Positions 1-11,477 of a stretch of 64,000 nucleotides of DNA are shown one piece after another. The stretch is from contig NW_018406970.1 in assembly GCF_002113885.1 (NCBI RefSeq), forward strand, positions 1,734,022-1,798,021, read 5' to 3'. The translations under genes and the position numbers were made by a program. Position 1 is the stretch's first letter. The number at the start of each line of letters is the position of its first letter. The notes under the pieces are model-generated. The model had not been told where the DNA came from, ran no database searches, and saw only the letters and a list, made by a program, of their open reading frames with translations. Source of the stretch: Mizuhopecten yessoensis. Lineage: Eukaryota.

Positions 1-1062
1 AAACAAACTTTTTAGCCCTTCATCTTAGCATGCTACGAGCCAAATATCATCACACTGGGGATTTTGGTTATTCAGAAGAAGTTGTTTAATGTTTTTAACA
101 TATTTGACCCATGTGACCTTGAATATGGGTGAAGGTCATACATTTCTACAAACTTTGTAGCCCTTCATCTCAGCATGCTACGAGCCAAATATCATCACCC
201 TGGACATTTTGGTTATTCAGAAGAAGTTGTTTAAAGTTTTTACATATTTGACCCCTGTGACCTCGAATATGGGTGAAGGTCATTCATTTAAACAAACTTT
301 TTAGCCCTTCATCTTAGCATGCTACGGGCCAAATATCATCACCCTGGGCATTTTGGTTATTCAGAAGAAGTTGTTTAAAGGTTTTTTAAGACAATTGACC
401 CCTGTGACCTCGAGTATGGGTGAAGGTCATTCTTTTAAACAAACTTTTTAGCCCTTCATCTTAGCATGCTACGAGCCAAATATCATCACCCTGGTCATTT
501 TGGTTATTCAGAAGAAGTTGTTTAACGTTTTTAACATATTTGACCCCTGTGACCTAGAATATGGGTGAAGGCCATTCATTTGAACATACTTGGTAGCCCT
601 TTACCCAAGCATGCTACTGGCCAAATACCATCTCCCCGGGAAGTTTGGTTATCGAGAAGAAGATGTTTAAAGTTTTTACATATTTGACCCCTGGGACCTC
701 GAATATGGGGAAAGGTCATTCACTTAAACAAACTTTTTAGCCCTTCATCCTAGCATGCTACGGGCCAAATATCATCACCCTGGTCATTTTGGTTATTCAG
801 TAGAAGTGGTTTGAAGATTTTACGACATTTGACCCCTGTGACCTCGAGTATGGGTGAAGGTCATTAATTTGAACAAACTTGGTAGCCCTTCATCTCAATT
901 TGCTTCTGGCCAAATATCGCAACCCTAGGCCTTTCGGTTATTAAGAAGAAGTCGTTTAAAGTAAAATATGGACGCCGGACGACGGACAGACGGACGCACG
1001 GACGACGGACGCCGCGCCAGGGCATAAGCTCACTTGGCACTTCGTGCCAGGTGAGCTAAAAA
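1..1062. mobile_element. Non-autonomous Helentron-like (HINE/pearl-type) element end with internal ~145-bp satellite
   Basis: About 6.5 tandem ~145-bp units (aaacaaactttttagcccttcatc at 1, ~290, ~436, ~726), then a GACG/GGAC microsatellite (970-1015), a hairpin AGCTCACTTGGCAC-TTC-GTGCCAGGTGAGCT (1027-1057) and an A run. Confidence 0.75.
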
Positions 1063-1317
1063 ATGCCGGTATTATTTATTATTGATGCTTACATCAGGAA
1101 AACTCAAAGCTCTTAAAAATGTAGATATAAGGAATAAAATTAATTTTTCAACAATATTTGCTTTCTAGACATATTTACCAAGAATAACACGATTTTTGTT
1201 AATTATGTCCAGAAAGCCAATGTTGTTATGACCGCATGCATGTTGAAAATAAGAATTTCATTTCTTAAATGACATTTGACAAGATCCTCAGTGACCTGTT
1301 CACTCTACTTCAGTAAT

Positions 1318-1570
1318 CTTGTTTGGGGTTTAACGTCCTCGCGACACTTGAAGTCCCTAGGAGACACCGCCAAAAGAAAAATGAGAAAAGAAACAGGGAG
1401 GGGTGGATCCAAAGAATTGCAATAGGTGCAGCAGACTAAAAAGCAGACTAATTTTGGTTTCTTCAGTGACCCTGAATAGAAGTCGTCATCGAAGTAAACC
1501 CCCGATCCTGTATGGGTCATCATTAGTCGCCTGGTAGGTCATGTATTGGGATACAGCAGACCTATTCCTT
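1318..1570 (-). mobile_element. SINE 3' portion (same family as the 8628 and 22115 copies)
   Basis: Reverse complement shares CTGCTGTATCCCA...AGGCGACTAATG...ATCGGGGGTTT...TCTGCTGC..C.ATTGCAAT...GTGTCTCC.TAGG...AGGACGTTAAA with 8628-8850 plus the tail at ~11400. Confidence 0.6.
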
Positions 1571-2008
1571 GCCCACACTTGCACAGGGTCTTCCACGTGA
1601 TGATGCCTTCCTGTTGTCATACGTTTAACGCAGTGTAGAGTGATGACATATGAGGACAACATCCTATTGTGACATAGCCACGGTACATAAAATGATGACA
1701 TTGATCTTACTGATTCGGCAGTGTTGGTTGCCGGTGACATGGATGCACAACAAGTTGATTGTGTCCCATAACATTATCGAAATTCAATTGCTCTCGACCT
1801 ACATGTTAGTATCTTCTCATGCTTGGGATATGTCATGACAAAATCAAAGTCATACGGTTAGCTATTTGATTAGTTACAGGTATAAAAACCTGACGAATTA
1901 CTAGACTGATGCATGTCCTTTGAAGAAACCGACTTCAAAACCGGTCCATTTTAACTATGTGGTGATTATTTTGATGCGCATAAAAATCAAACTAGTCTAC
2001 TTGTATCA

Positions 2009-2420
2009 TAATAATAATAATAAACAGCATTTGATAAAGTGCCCTGTCTAGCTAACATAAGCCACTCTAAAGCGCTTTACAGTACATAGCTATACAATTA
2101 GCATATACATTAATCAATACAATTTTGAGGATTTCACAGGAGCTGCCTTATCAGGCGCTAGCAACTAGTCCTATGCCACGTGGCTAATATCTCCCTATGT
2201 ATGTATGCCTGCGTGTAAGCTGGAGATGTATTGTGTTCTGTTTGTAGTGGGACCGTGCTTCCAACGGCATCTTTTATAGCACCACCTCACCATTTTATAC
2301 TCCACCTGGGTTGTTGGATTTGTGTGGGCAGGAGAAAAACACTTTCTCTGAATATTCATGCGTACGACGACTTCGGGGATCGAACCCCGGCTGCCTGCGT
2401 GGAAGCAATCACCACGACAC
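2009..2420 (-). mobile_element. tRNA-derived SINE with L2-like tail
   Basis: B-box GGTTCGATCCCC near 2385 on the minus strand; tail TGTAAAGCGCTTTAGAG...(TTA)n. A tail-only copy lies at ~37630-37702 (+). Confidence 0.6.
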
Positions 2421-2902
2421 GCGAGAAATATTATTGCTATGTTTCAATGGACGAAAATACGACCGTATTGAGACAGGGCTACATGACGTTTTATGACGAG
2501 GCTAATGAGACATGGCCACGGTGCATAAAGAGATGACGTTTAATGAATATATATTGTTTCTGATATGCACGTGTAAAGCGATGACACGTGCATATCCACC
2601 TATATGTGGAATGGCTAAACTGCATTAATAAATACGTCTGAGGAATTGGTCATATCGTGGAATTGGTATGACTTCGCTGCGTTAAGTTTTAGTGTTTGAT
2701 GACACGATCCTATTCTGATTGATGACAATTTTTGTTGAGAGGGCTCGTAGATGGCTGTATCTTCCTACTTAGGGAAAGACAGAACAAACTTCTCTCCGCG
2801 TAAAATGAGTAATACCTTTTGGTGTGCAAGGAAGCATGCTTTTCGGATAAATACGAACTACAGAACGAAATGACTTAAACAAAGTAGTAAGCATTGCTTT
2901 AT

Positions 2903-5900
2903 TCACATCATACAAACAGAACATGGCAACGTTTTTCCGTCCTCATACGGGGGACAAGGCAAGGATCCACATTTGGACAATACGGCAAAGAACACTCTAC
3001 CGTCATCATTCGTGTTCCCACCCCCTAATACCGCCTGTGGGTGCTCGTCTACACACAGGTACTCGGAGGCTGCTCCTAACCTTGGATTTCCCGCGGTCAG
3101 GAGACCATGGAAAGCCTCTGTCCATCCCGGGTAGCACGTGGCTCGGCCGGGAACCATGGTGATGACAGAATGGACCGTGTTCCTGCACACTGCGCATGAC
3201 ACGTCTTCGTTCAAGTTTGGCATACCAAACATGCCTGGATCTTCATATTCCGCGCCATAGACAAATGCTGGGTCACGTGCAGCTTTGTCTTTACTGGACC
3301 CCCACACTGGTTCTCGAGGCATGCACAGGGTGTTGGCTGCACCGCCGGGGGATGTATAGAAAGAACCGCCTGCAAACCCTGTCAAAATGTTCCGTACCGT
3401 CAGGAAAATATCCCCAAAGGCGTGATTGACAAAAATCTATTTTGAATGTAGCCTCGTCTACTCCGGAAACAATGCAAATACATCGGGGGGAAAAGGTTAT
3501 AATACACTGCTTACACCGCTTGCAAAGTGAAGACCTATTAGAAGGCGGGGGTTAACAAGTTACAGATGTATTGGGGGAAGTGTTCATGCACATAGCTTAA
3601 CAAGGAACAGACCAATTGGGAAAAGGTTCATGCTCAACGCTAAACAAGGTACAGGCTATTTCTGGACCGTTTCCTGCTCATCGCTAAACAAGATACAGAC
3701 CTTTTGGGGGTAAAGGTTCATGCACATCGCTAAACAAGGTACATACCTATTGGGGGGAAAGGTTCATGCACATCGCTAAACAAGGTACATACCTATTGGG
3801 GGGAACGGTTCATGCACATCGCTCAACAAGGTACATACCTATTTGGGGGATAAGGTTCATGCCCATCGCTAAACAAGATACATAACTATTGGGGGAAAAG
3901 GTTCATGCGCATCGCTAAACAAAATACAGACCATTTGGGGAAAAGGTTCATGCACATCGCTAAACAAGATAAAGACCATTTGGGGAAAAGGTTCATGCAA
4001 ATCGCTAAACAAGGAACATACTTATTGGGGAAAAGATTAATGTACATCGCTAAACAAGATACAGACCATTTGGGGAAAAGGTTCATGCACATCGCTAAAC
4101 AAGATACAGACCATTTGGGGAAAAGGTTCATGCGCATCGCTAAACAAAATACAGACCATTTGTGGAAAAGGTTCATGCACATTACTAAACAAGGTACATA
4201 CCTATTGGGGGGAACGGTTCATGCACATCGCTAAACAAGATAAAGACCATTTGGGCAAAAGGTTCATGCAAATCGCTAAACAAGGAACATACTTATTGGG
4301 GAAAAGATTAATGTACATCGCTCAACAAGATACAGATCATTTGGGGAAAAGGTTCATGTACATCGCTCAACAAGGTACATACCTATTGGGGGAACGGTTC
4401 ATGCACATCGCTAAACAAGGTACATCCCTATTGGGGGAACGGTTCATGCACATCGCTAAACAATGCACAAAACTTTTGGGGGAAAAGGTTCATGCACATC
4501 GCTAAACAAGACAAAGACCATCTGGGGAAAAGGTTCATGCAAATCGCTAAACAAGGAACATACTTATTGGGGAAAAGGTTCATGTACATCGCTCAACAAG
4601 ATACAGACCATTTGGGGAAAAGGTTCATGCACATCGCTAAACAAGATACATACCTATTGGGGGGAAAGGTTCATGCACATCGCTAAACAAGATACAGACA
4701 TATTGGGGGGAAAGGTTCATGCACATCGCTAAACAAGGAACATACTTATTGGGGAAAAGGTTCATGCGCATCGCTAAACAAGATACATACCTATTGGGGA
4801 AAAGGTTCATGCGCATCGCTAAACAAGGTACATACCTATTGGGGGAACGGTTCATGCACATCGCTAAACAAGGAACATACTTATTGGGGTAAAGGTTCAT
4901 GTACATCGCTAAACAAGGTACATACCTATTGGGGGAAAAGGTTCATGCGCATCGCTAAACAAGATACAGACCATTTGGGGAAAAGGTTCATGCACATTAC
5001 TAAACAAGGTACATACCTATTGGGGAAAAGGTTTATACACATCGCTAAACAAGGTACATACCTATTGGGGGGAAAGGTTCATGCACATCGCTAAACAAGG
5101 AACATACTTATTGGGAAAAAGGTTTATGCTCATCGCTGAACAAGATTCATACTTATTGGGGGAAATGGTTCAAGTTCATCGCCAAACAAGGTACAGACCT
5201 ATTTGGGGAAAGGTTCTAATACATTGCTAAACAAGGTACATACCCATCGGGAGGAAAGGTTTATGGTTATCCCTGAACAAGATAATACTTATTGGGGGAA
5301 ATGGTTCATGTTCATCGCTAAACAAGATACAGACCTATTGGGGGGAAAGGTTTCTTGCACATCGCTTAACAAGATACATATTTATTGGGGAAAAGGTTTA
5401 TGCTCATCGCTGAACAAGTAAGATACATACTTATTGGGGGAAATGGTTCATGTTCATCGCCAAACAAAGTTCAGACCTATTTGGGGAAAGGTTCTAAAAC
5501 ACCGCTAAACAAGGTACATACCTATGGGGGAAAAGGTTTATGCTCATCGCTGAACAAGGTACATCCTTATTGGGGGAAATGGTTCAAGTTCATCGCTAAA
5601 CAAGGTACATACCTATTGGGGAAAAGGTTTATGCTCATCGCTGAACAAGGTACATACTTATTGGGGGAAATGGTTCAAGTTCATCGCTAAACAAGGTACA
5701 TACCTATTTTGGGAAAGGTTCTAAAACATCGCTAAACAAGGTACATACCTATTGGGGAAAAGGTTTATGCTCATCGCTGAACAAGATACATACTTATTGG
5801 GGGAAATGGTTCAAGTTCATCGCTAAACAAGGTACATACCCACTGGGCACAAAAGGTGCATTGTTCATCGCAGACATGGTAGAGTTCATCATAAAACAAG

Positions 5901-7225
5901 GTAGATTATGGAAGCAATGATACAGACATATACTGACAATATCGCATGCTTTTGGCCTTTTCTGTGATACTGAACTGAAGGGTTTTAATTATTAATTTTT
6001 AATTAACTTCTCACTCTCGACTGTTCTGTTTTTACCAGAGTAAACGAGCTGTGTGTCATTGCCTGCAGGACAGTCCTTCCTTCCCCATCTGGTGTACACC
6101 ACGCCTTTACACCCTGTAGCACGCAAGCAGACAGAAAGTTTACATAATAAAGTGAGTGAAGACAATTCCGGAACTAAATGAAATTAACTGTCTTTTTAAC
6201 AACCTGCACGTGCTTTCTCTAAATAATTGTGTGTTTTTGTTCATGTAAGTATCCACAAATCATTATACATGCACATATACCCTATATAAGTGCTTAATGC
6301 TCAACATCCAATTTACTAGGTATTTGTACCAACACCGAAATAACTAGGTACATTTTAGGAATAGTGACCGTAAACGGAGTTATGTGCAATTTTGGAAAAT
6401 GCATAAATCGATTTTGGAATATACAGAAATAATTAAACACCTTGTAAGATCTGATTGTGAGCCATTGGTAGTTTTAGAGAGAGACAGACAGACAGAGAGA
6501 TGTTGCTCGGTGAACGTTTTTGAAAGCACAGCAGTGGAACATTTGACATTAATAACTCATGAATGTTATGTTGTATTCTTAACTCTGAACGGATTTTAGA
6601 TTTGAACTTTATAAGAATTAATTTTGAATCGTTCAAGAAGTATTGATAATGCAATGTTATTGTTCATTCTCGATACAAATTATGTTGTTCTGTGTCTATG
6701 ATATATACTACGATGAAGAACTGTCAAGTTTAAACCAATGAAGTATACTTGGAATAAAAGTGGAATTGTGTAAGAGTCGGATACCAAATGCACTTTGTTC
6801 CTGTTGGGTTACACAATGTACTTACTTTCCTGTGCCATTTTCATGATAACGGATTGTTGATTGGTGACGGTCTGTTGTAGGGTGGAAATCGTCTGCTGTT
6901 GACTGGACATTGCCTGCTGTTGACTGGACATTGCCTGCTGTTGACTGGACATTGCCTGCTGTTGATCGCTTATGTTTTGTTGCTGATTAGTGACGGTCTG
7001 TTGGAGGGTAGATACGGTCTGTTGGAGGGTAGATACGGTCTGTTGGAAAGTGGACACGGTCTGTTCTTGGTTTCCAGCCTTGACTCGTAGCTCCTGTAGC
7101 TCCGACTGGAGATGGGTGAGTTGCTGGGACACATACGCGGGGTCATTCAGCAAAATACGTTTTTCGGAGGCGAGAGTTAAGACGAAAAGGCACACAATTC
7201 CAGCAATGACTGTTTGGCCCGCCAT
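2903..7225 (-). CDS. Paralogue A1: secreted coiled-coil + short-chain collagen C4-like (spongin NC1-like) domain protein, 317 aa, 3 exons
   Basis: Exons 7225-6826 (400 nt), 6113-6036 (78 nt), 3378-2903 (476 nt); all introns GT-AG, phase 1; joined frame open (954 nt). Hydrophobic N-terminus MAGQTVIAGIVCLFVLTLA, QQTVSTL heptads, motifs VYTRWGRKDCP, GGAANTLCMP, YGAEY, CAVC, CYPGWT, CGSLPCPPY. Confidence 0.9.
3570..5900. repeat. ~45-46-bp minisatellite in intron 2 of A1
   Basis: Unit GGTTCATGCACATCGCTAAACAAGGTACATACCTATTGGGGGAAAA, about 50 copies. Confidence 0.95.
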
Positions 7226-7919
7226 AATGTCAGTAGCGGTATGAGAGTAAACACCACGCTACGATCTGTTATCAACGAAGGAAAAAAGCAGGTGCTGTTC
7301 TCTTATCAATTAGCCCTAAACAAGGCTACTGACATCGCTTTTGGAGTATACAGAAATAATAAAACACCATACATGATCTGATCTTGATCCATCGTACGCC
7401 TCAAGTAGAAGCTTGATTAAATTCCGGTGGATACATATTGAGACAAGTCAATGGGTGATGACGTTTGATGGGGCAGTTCTATTATAAATGGTTACAATCT
7501 CGGTACACAATGTTCACACCTTGGAACTTGTTATTTATTGGGGGATTTAAAAAGTGAACTTTTGATTCACCTTACAATTGCTGGTGCAATTTACCAATTC
7601 ATGACCATTTTATTACGGATCTTTCATGAACAGAATGGAGGTAAGACAACATCATAAATATGTCTCAACGTCTGTTATAGCCAAATGAACGTAATATAAG
7701 GCTGCGTGTAACGTTTAAAATGAAATAAAAATGAAATAAAGAAAAACACTTTATTTCTGAAATTAATGTAAATCTCGATCGATCGAAGGATCAACCACCG
7801 ACCACGTGATCTTTATGTTGACCAAAATATGAATGATGTAAACCATATACCAACAGTAATGGCAATATAATTTATAAACTAGATATTTATTTTTTTGACC
7901 AAAAACATATGTCTCCTCT

Positions 7920-8190
7920 AGGAGTGGGACGACTTGTTCGCCCGTTGTCAGTATAATGTGACCGGGTGGGGTGTCCGGCTGTGTGTCTTCGGCAGTATGT
8001 TTCAGTGAGGTAGCACTATAAAGTCGGCATCGGGTCTGCGTTATCACAAGGACACAAACACGAACATATCGCAGCCTTCCAAAACACACACGCATACACT
8101 ACACGCATGCATCTTGCAAACAGGGGAGGCCGTCCTTAAATGACCATAGCTGTTGATAGGACGTTAAACAATACTAAACCAAACAAAACC
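7920..8190 (+). mobile_element. 5'-truncated Meta-domain-like SINE (duplicated at ~21411-21682)
   Basis: GTCAGTATAATGTGACCGGGTGGGG...TTCAGTGAGGTAGCACTATAAAG body; tail CGTCCTTAAATGACCATAGCTGTTGATAGGACGTTAAAC followed by AAAC-rich repeats. Confidence 0.6.
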
Positions 8191-8829
8191 TTATTAGCAA
8201 ATATTTCCCCCTTCCCTTGCAAAATAAAAATGCGCTAATAAAGTCAAGTACCCATGCATCTACAATTTTTCTAAAATACATAAAGGTTGCAATTTAAAAG
8301 TTATGACATGGAAGGTCACAAATCCCTAACAGTATAAAGTTTAAAACTTATATTTTAGCAGTACTTTGACCTTTGACCTTGAAGTCAAGGTCGAAGCGGC
8401 CTAATGATAGTTCTCTGCACATTGTCTTTGGATGATACAGGTAATCTGCAAGTGACATCAGGATACCTCGAACGATTTAAAAGTTACGCCCCGGACAAGA
8501 AATTAGAAAAAGAAACAGAAGAACAAGAAGAAGAACCAGTACTTACCCAATATCTCTCTCTACCCCATGCCGAATCGGTGGTGATTTCGTTCTTTTCTTC
8601 TATTCATGGGACATTAAAGAAATCGAGAATATACCTGCTGTATCCCACTGGATGCGTTTCGTAAAAGGCGACTAATGAGGGGGCCCCCTGCAGAATCGGG
8701 GTTTTTCTTCCTTGTCTTCTACGAAGAGAACATGGAAAAGACCAAACTTGATCTGCTGCCCCCATTGCAATAACTGAGTTCTTTTTCGTTTCCTGTCTTC
8801 TTTCTTTTTTTCTACTTTCTGTTTCAGGT

Positions 8830-11397
8830 GGTGTCACCCTAGGCACCCGTCTTTATGTAACCCTGGCTGCTGTGTCTCCCTAGGCACCCATCCTCATATG
8901 ACCCTGGCTGTTGTGTCTCTCTAACTACACGTCCTCAAATGAACCTGGCTGTTGTGTCTCCCTAGGCACCCGTCCTCATATAACCCTGGCTGTTGTGTCT
9001 CCCTAGGCATCCGTCCTCATATGACCCTGGCTGTTGTGTCTCCTAGGAACCCATCCTCATATGACCCTGGCTGTTGTGTCTCTCTAGCTACACGTCCTCA
9101 AATGAACCGGGCTGTTGTGTCTCCCTAGGCTCCCGTCCTCATATAACCCTGGCTGTTGTGTCTTCCTAGGCACCCGTCCTCAAATGACCGTGTCTCCCTA
9201 GGCACCCGTCCTTATATGACTCTGGCTGTTTTGTCTCCCTAGGCACCCGTCCTCATATGACTCTGGTTGTTGTGTCTCCTTAGGCACCCGTCCTCATATG
9301 AGTTGCGTCTCCCTAGGCACCCGTTCTCATATGACCCTGGCTGTTGTGTCTCTCTAACTACACGTCCTCAAATGAACCTGGCTGTTGTGTCTCCCTAGGC
9401 ACCCGTCCTCATATGACCGTGTCTCCCTAGGCACCCGTCCTCATATGCCCGTGTCTCCCTAGGCACCCGTCCTCATATGCCCGTGTCTCCCTAGGCACCC
9501 GTCCTCATATGGCCTTGGCTGTTGTGTCTCCCTAGGCACCCGTCCTCATATAACCCTGGCTGTTGTGTCTTCCTAGGCACCCGTCCTCAAATGACCGTGT
9601 CTCCCTAGGCACCCGTCCTCATATGACTCTGGTTGTTGTGTCTCTTTACGCACCCGTCCTCATATGACACTGGCTGTTGTGTCTCCCTATGCACCCGTCC
9701 TCATATAACCCTGGCTGTTGTGTCTCCCTAGGCACCCGTCCTCAAATGACCGTGTCTCCCTAGGCACCCGTCCTTATATGACTCTGGCTGTTTTGTCTCC
9801 CTAGGCACCCGTCCTCATATGACTCTGGTTGTTGTGTCTCTTTAGGCACCCGTCCTCATATGACACTGGCTGTTGTGTCTCCCTAAGCAACCGTCCTCAT
9901 ATGACCCTCGCTTGTGTGTCACACTAAACAACCGTGCTCATATGTCCCTGGCTGTTGTGTCTCCCTAAGCAACCGTCCTCATATGACCCTCGCTTGTGTG
10001 TCACACTAAACAACCGTGCTCATATGTCCCTGGCTGTTGTGTCTCCCTAAGCAACCGTCCTCATATAACCCTGTCTGTTGTGTCTCCCTAGGACCCCATC
10101 CTCATATGACCCTGGCTGTTGTGTCTCCCTAAGCAACCGTCCTCATATAACCCTGTCTGTTGTGTCTCCCTAGGACCCCATCCTCATATGACCCTGGCTG
10201 TTGTGTCTCCCTAGGCACCCGTCCTCATATGACCGTGTCTCCCTAGCCACCCGTCCTCAAAAGGCTGTTGTGTCTCCCTAGGCACCCGTCCTCATATGAC
10301 CCTGGCTGTTGTGTCTCCCTAGGCATCCGTCCTAATATGCCCCTGGCTGTTGTGTCTCCCTAGGCATCCGTCCTCATATGACCATGGCTGTTGTGTCTCC
10401 CTAGGCATCCGTCCTAATATGCCCCTGGCTGTTGTGTCTCCCTAGGCATCCGTCCTCATATGACACTGGCTGTTGTGTCTCTCTAACCACACGTCCTCAT
10501 ATGACCCTGGCTGTTGTGTCTCCCTAGGCACCCGTCCTAATATGCCCCTGGCTGTTGTGTGGCTGTTGTGTCTCTCTACCCACACGTCCTCATATGACCA
10601 TGGCTGTTGTGTCTCCGTAGGCATCCGTCCTAATATGACCCTGGCTGATGTGTCTCTCTAGGCATCCGTCCTAATATGACCCTGGCTGTTGTGTCTCTCT
10701 ACCCACACGTCCTCATATGACCTTGGCTGTTGTGTCTCCCTAGGCACCCGTCCTCATATGGCCTTGGCTGTTATGTCTCCCTAGGCACCCGTCCTCATAT
10801 GGCCTTGGCTGTTGTGTCTCCCTAAGCAACCGTCATCATATGACCCTGGCTGTTGTGTGGCTGTTGTGTCTCCCTAGGCATCCGTCCTTATACGTCCCTG
10901 GCTGTTGAGTCTCCCTAGGCATACGTCCTCTCATGACCCTGGCTGTTGTGTATCTCTAACCACACGTCCTCATATGACCCTGGCTGATGTGTCTCCCTAA
11001 GCAACCGTCCTCATATGGCCCGGGCTGTTGTGTCTCCCTAAGCAACCGTCCTCATATGACCCTGGCTGTTGTGTCTCCCTAGGCATCCGTCCTTATATGT
11101 CCCTGGCTGTTGAGTCTCCCTAGGCATCCGTCCTCTCATGACCCTGGCTGTTGTGTCTCTCTAACCACACGTCCTCATATGACCCTGGCTGTTGTGTCTC
11201 CTTAGGCACCCGTCCTCATATGACACTGGCTGTTATGTCTCCCGTCCTCATATGGCCTTGGCTGTTGTGTCTCCCTAAGCAACCGTCCTCATATGACCCT
11301 GGCTAGTATGTCTCCCTAAGCACCCGTCCTCATATGGCCTTGGCTGTTGTGTCTCCATAGGCACCCGTCCTCATACATGTATGACCCTGGCTGTTGC
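8830..11397. repeat. 41-bp minisatellite (60+ units) inside a SINE spanning ~8628-11435
   Basis: Unit CCCTAGGCACCCGTCCTCATATGACCCTGGCTGTTGTGTCT; the array runs into GAGGACGTTAAAACTC(AAAC)n. Confidence 0.95.
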
Positions 11398-11477
11398 GAG
11401 GACGTTAAAACTCAAACAAACAAACAAACAAACACATTATTCAAAAGAGAAATAAATAGTGATGAGCAATATTTATT

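Noticed and set aside
3886-5690. Repetitive ORFs (MHIAKQ...) here and at 17.8-19.4 kb and 27-28.6 kb
   Set aside because: Translations of the 45-bp intronic minisatellite; frames shift with G-run length.
8628-8700. HDV-like ribozyme around TCGTAAAAGGCGACTAA
   Set aside because: Could not build a convincing P1-P2-P3 nested pseudoknot by eye; treated as SINE body.
8830-11397. CRISPR-like array
   Set aside because: Head-to-tail units with no unique spacers, no cas genes, eukaryotic context. The same applies to the 45-bp and 78-bp arrays.
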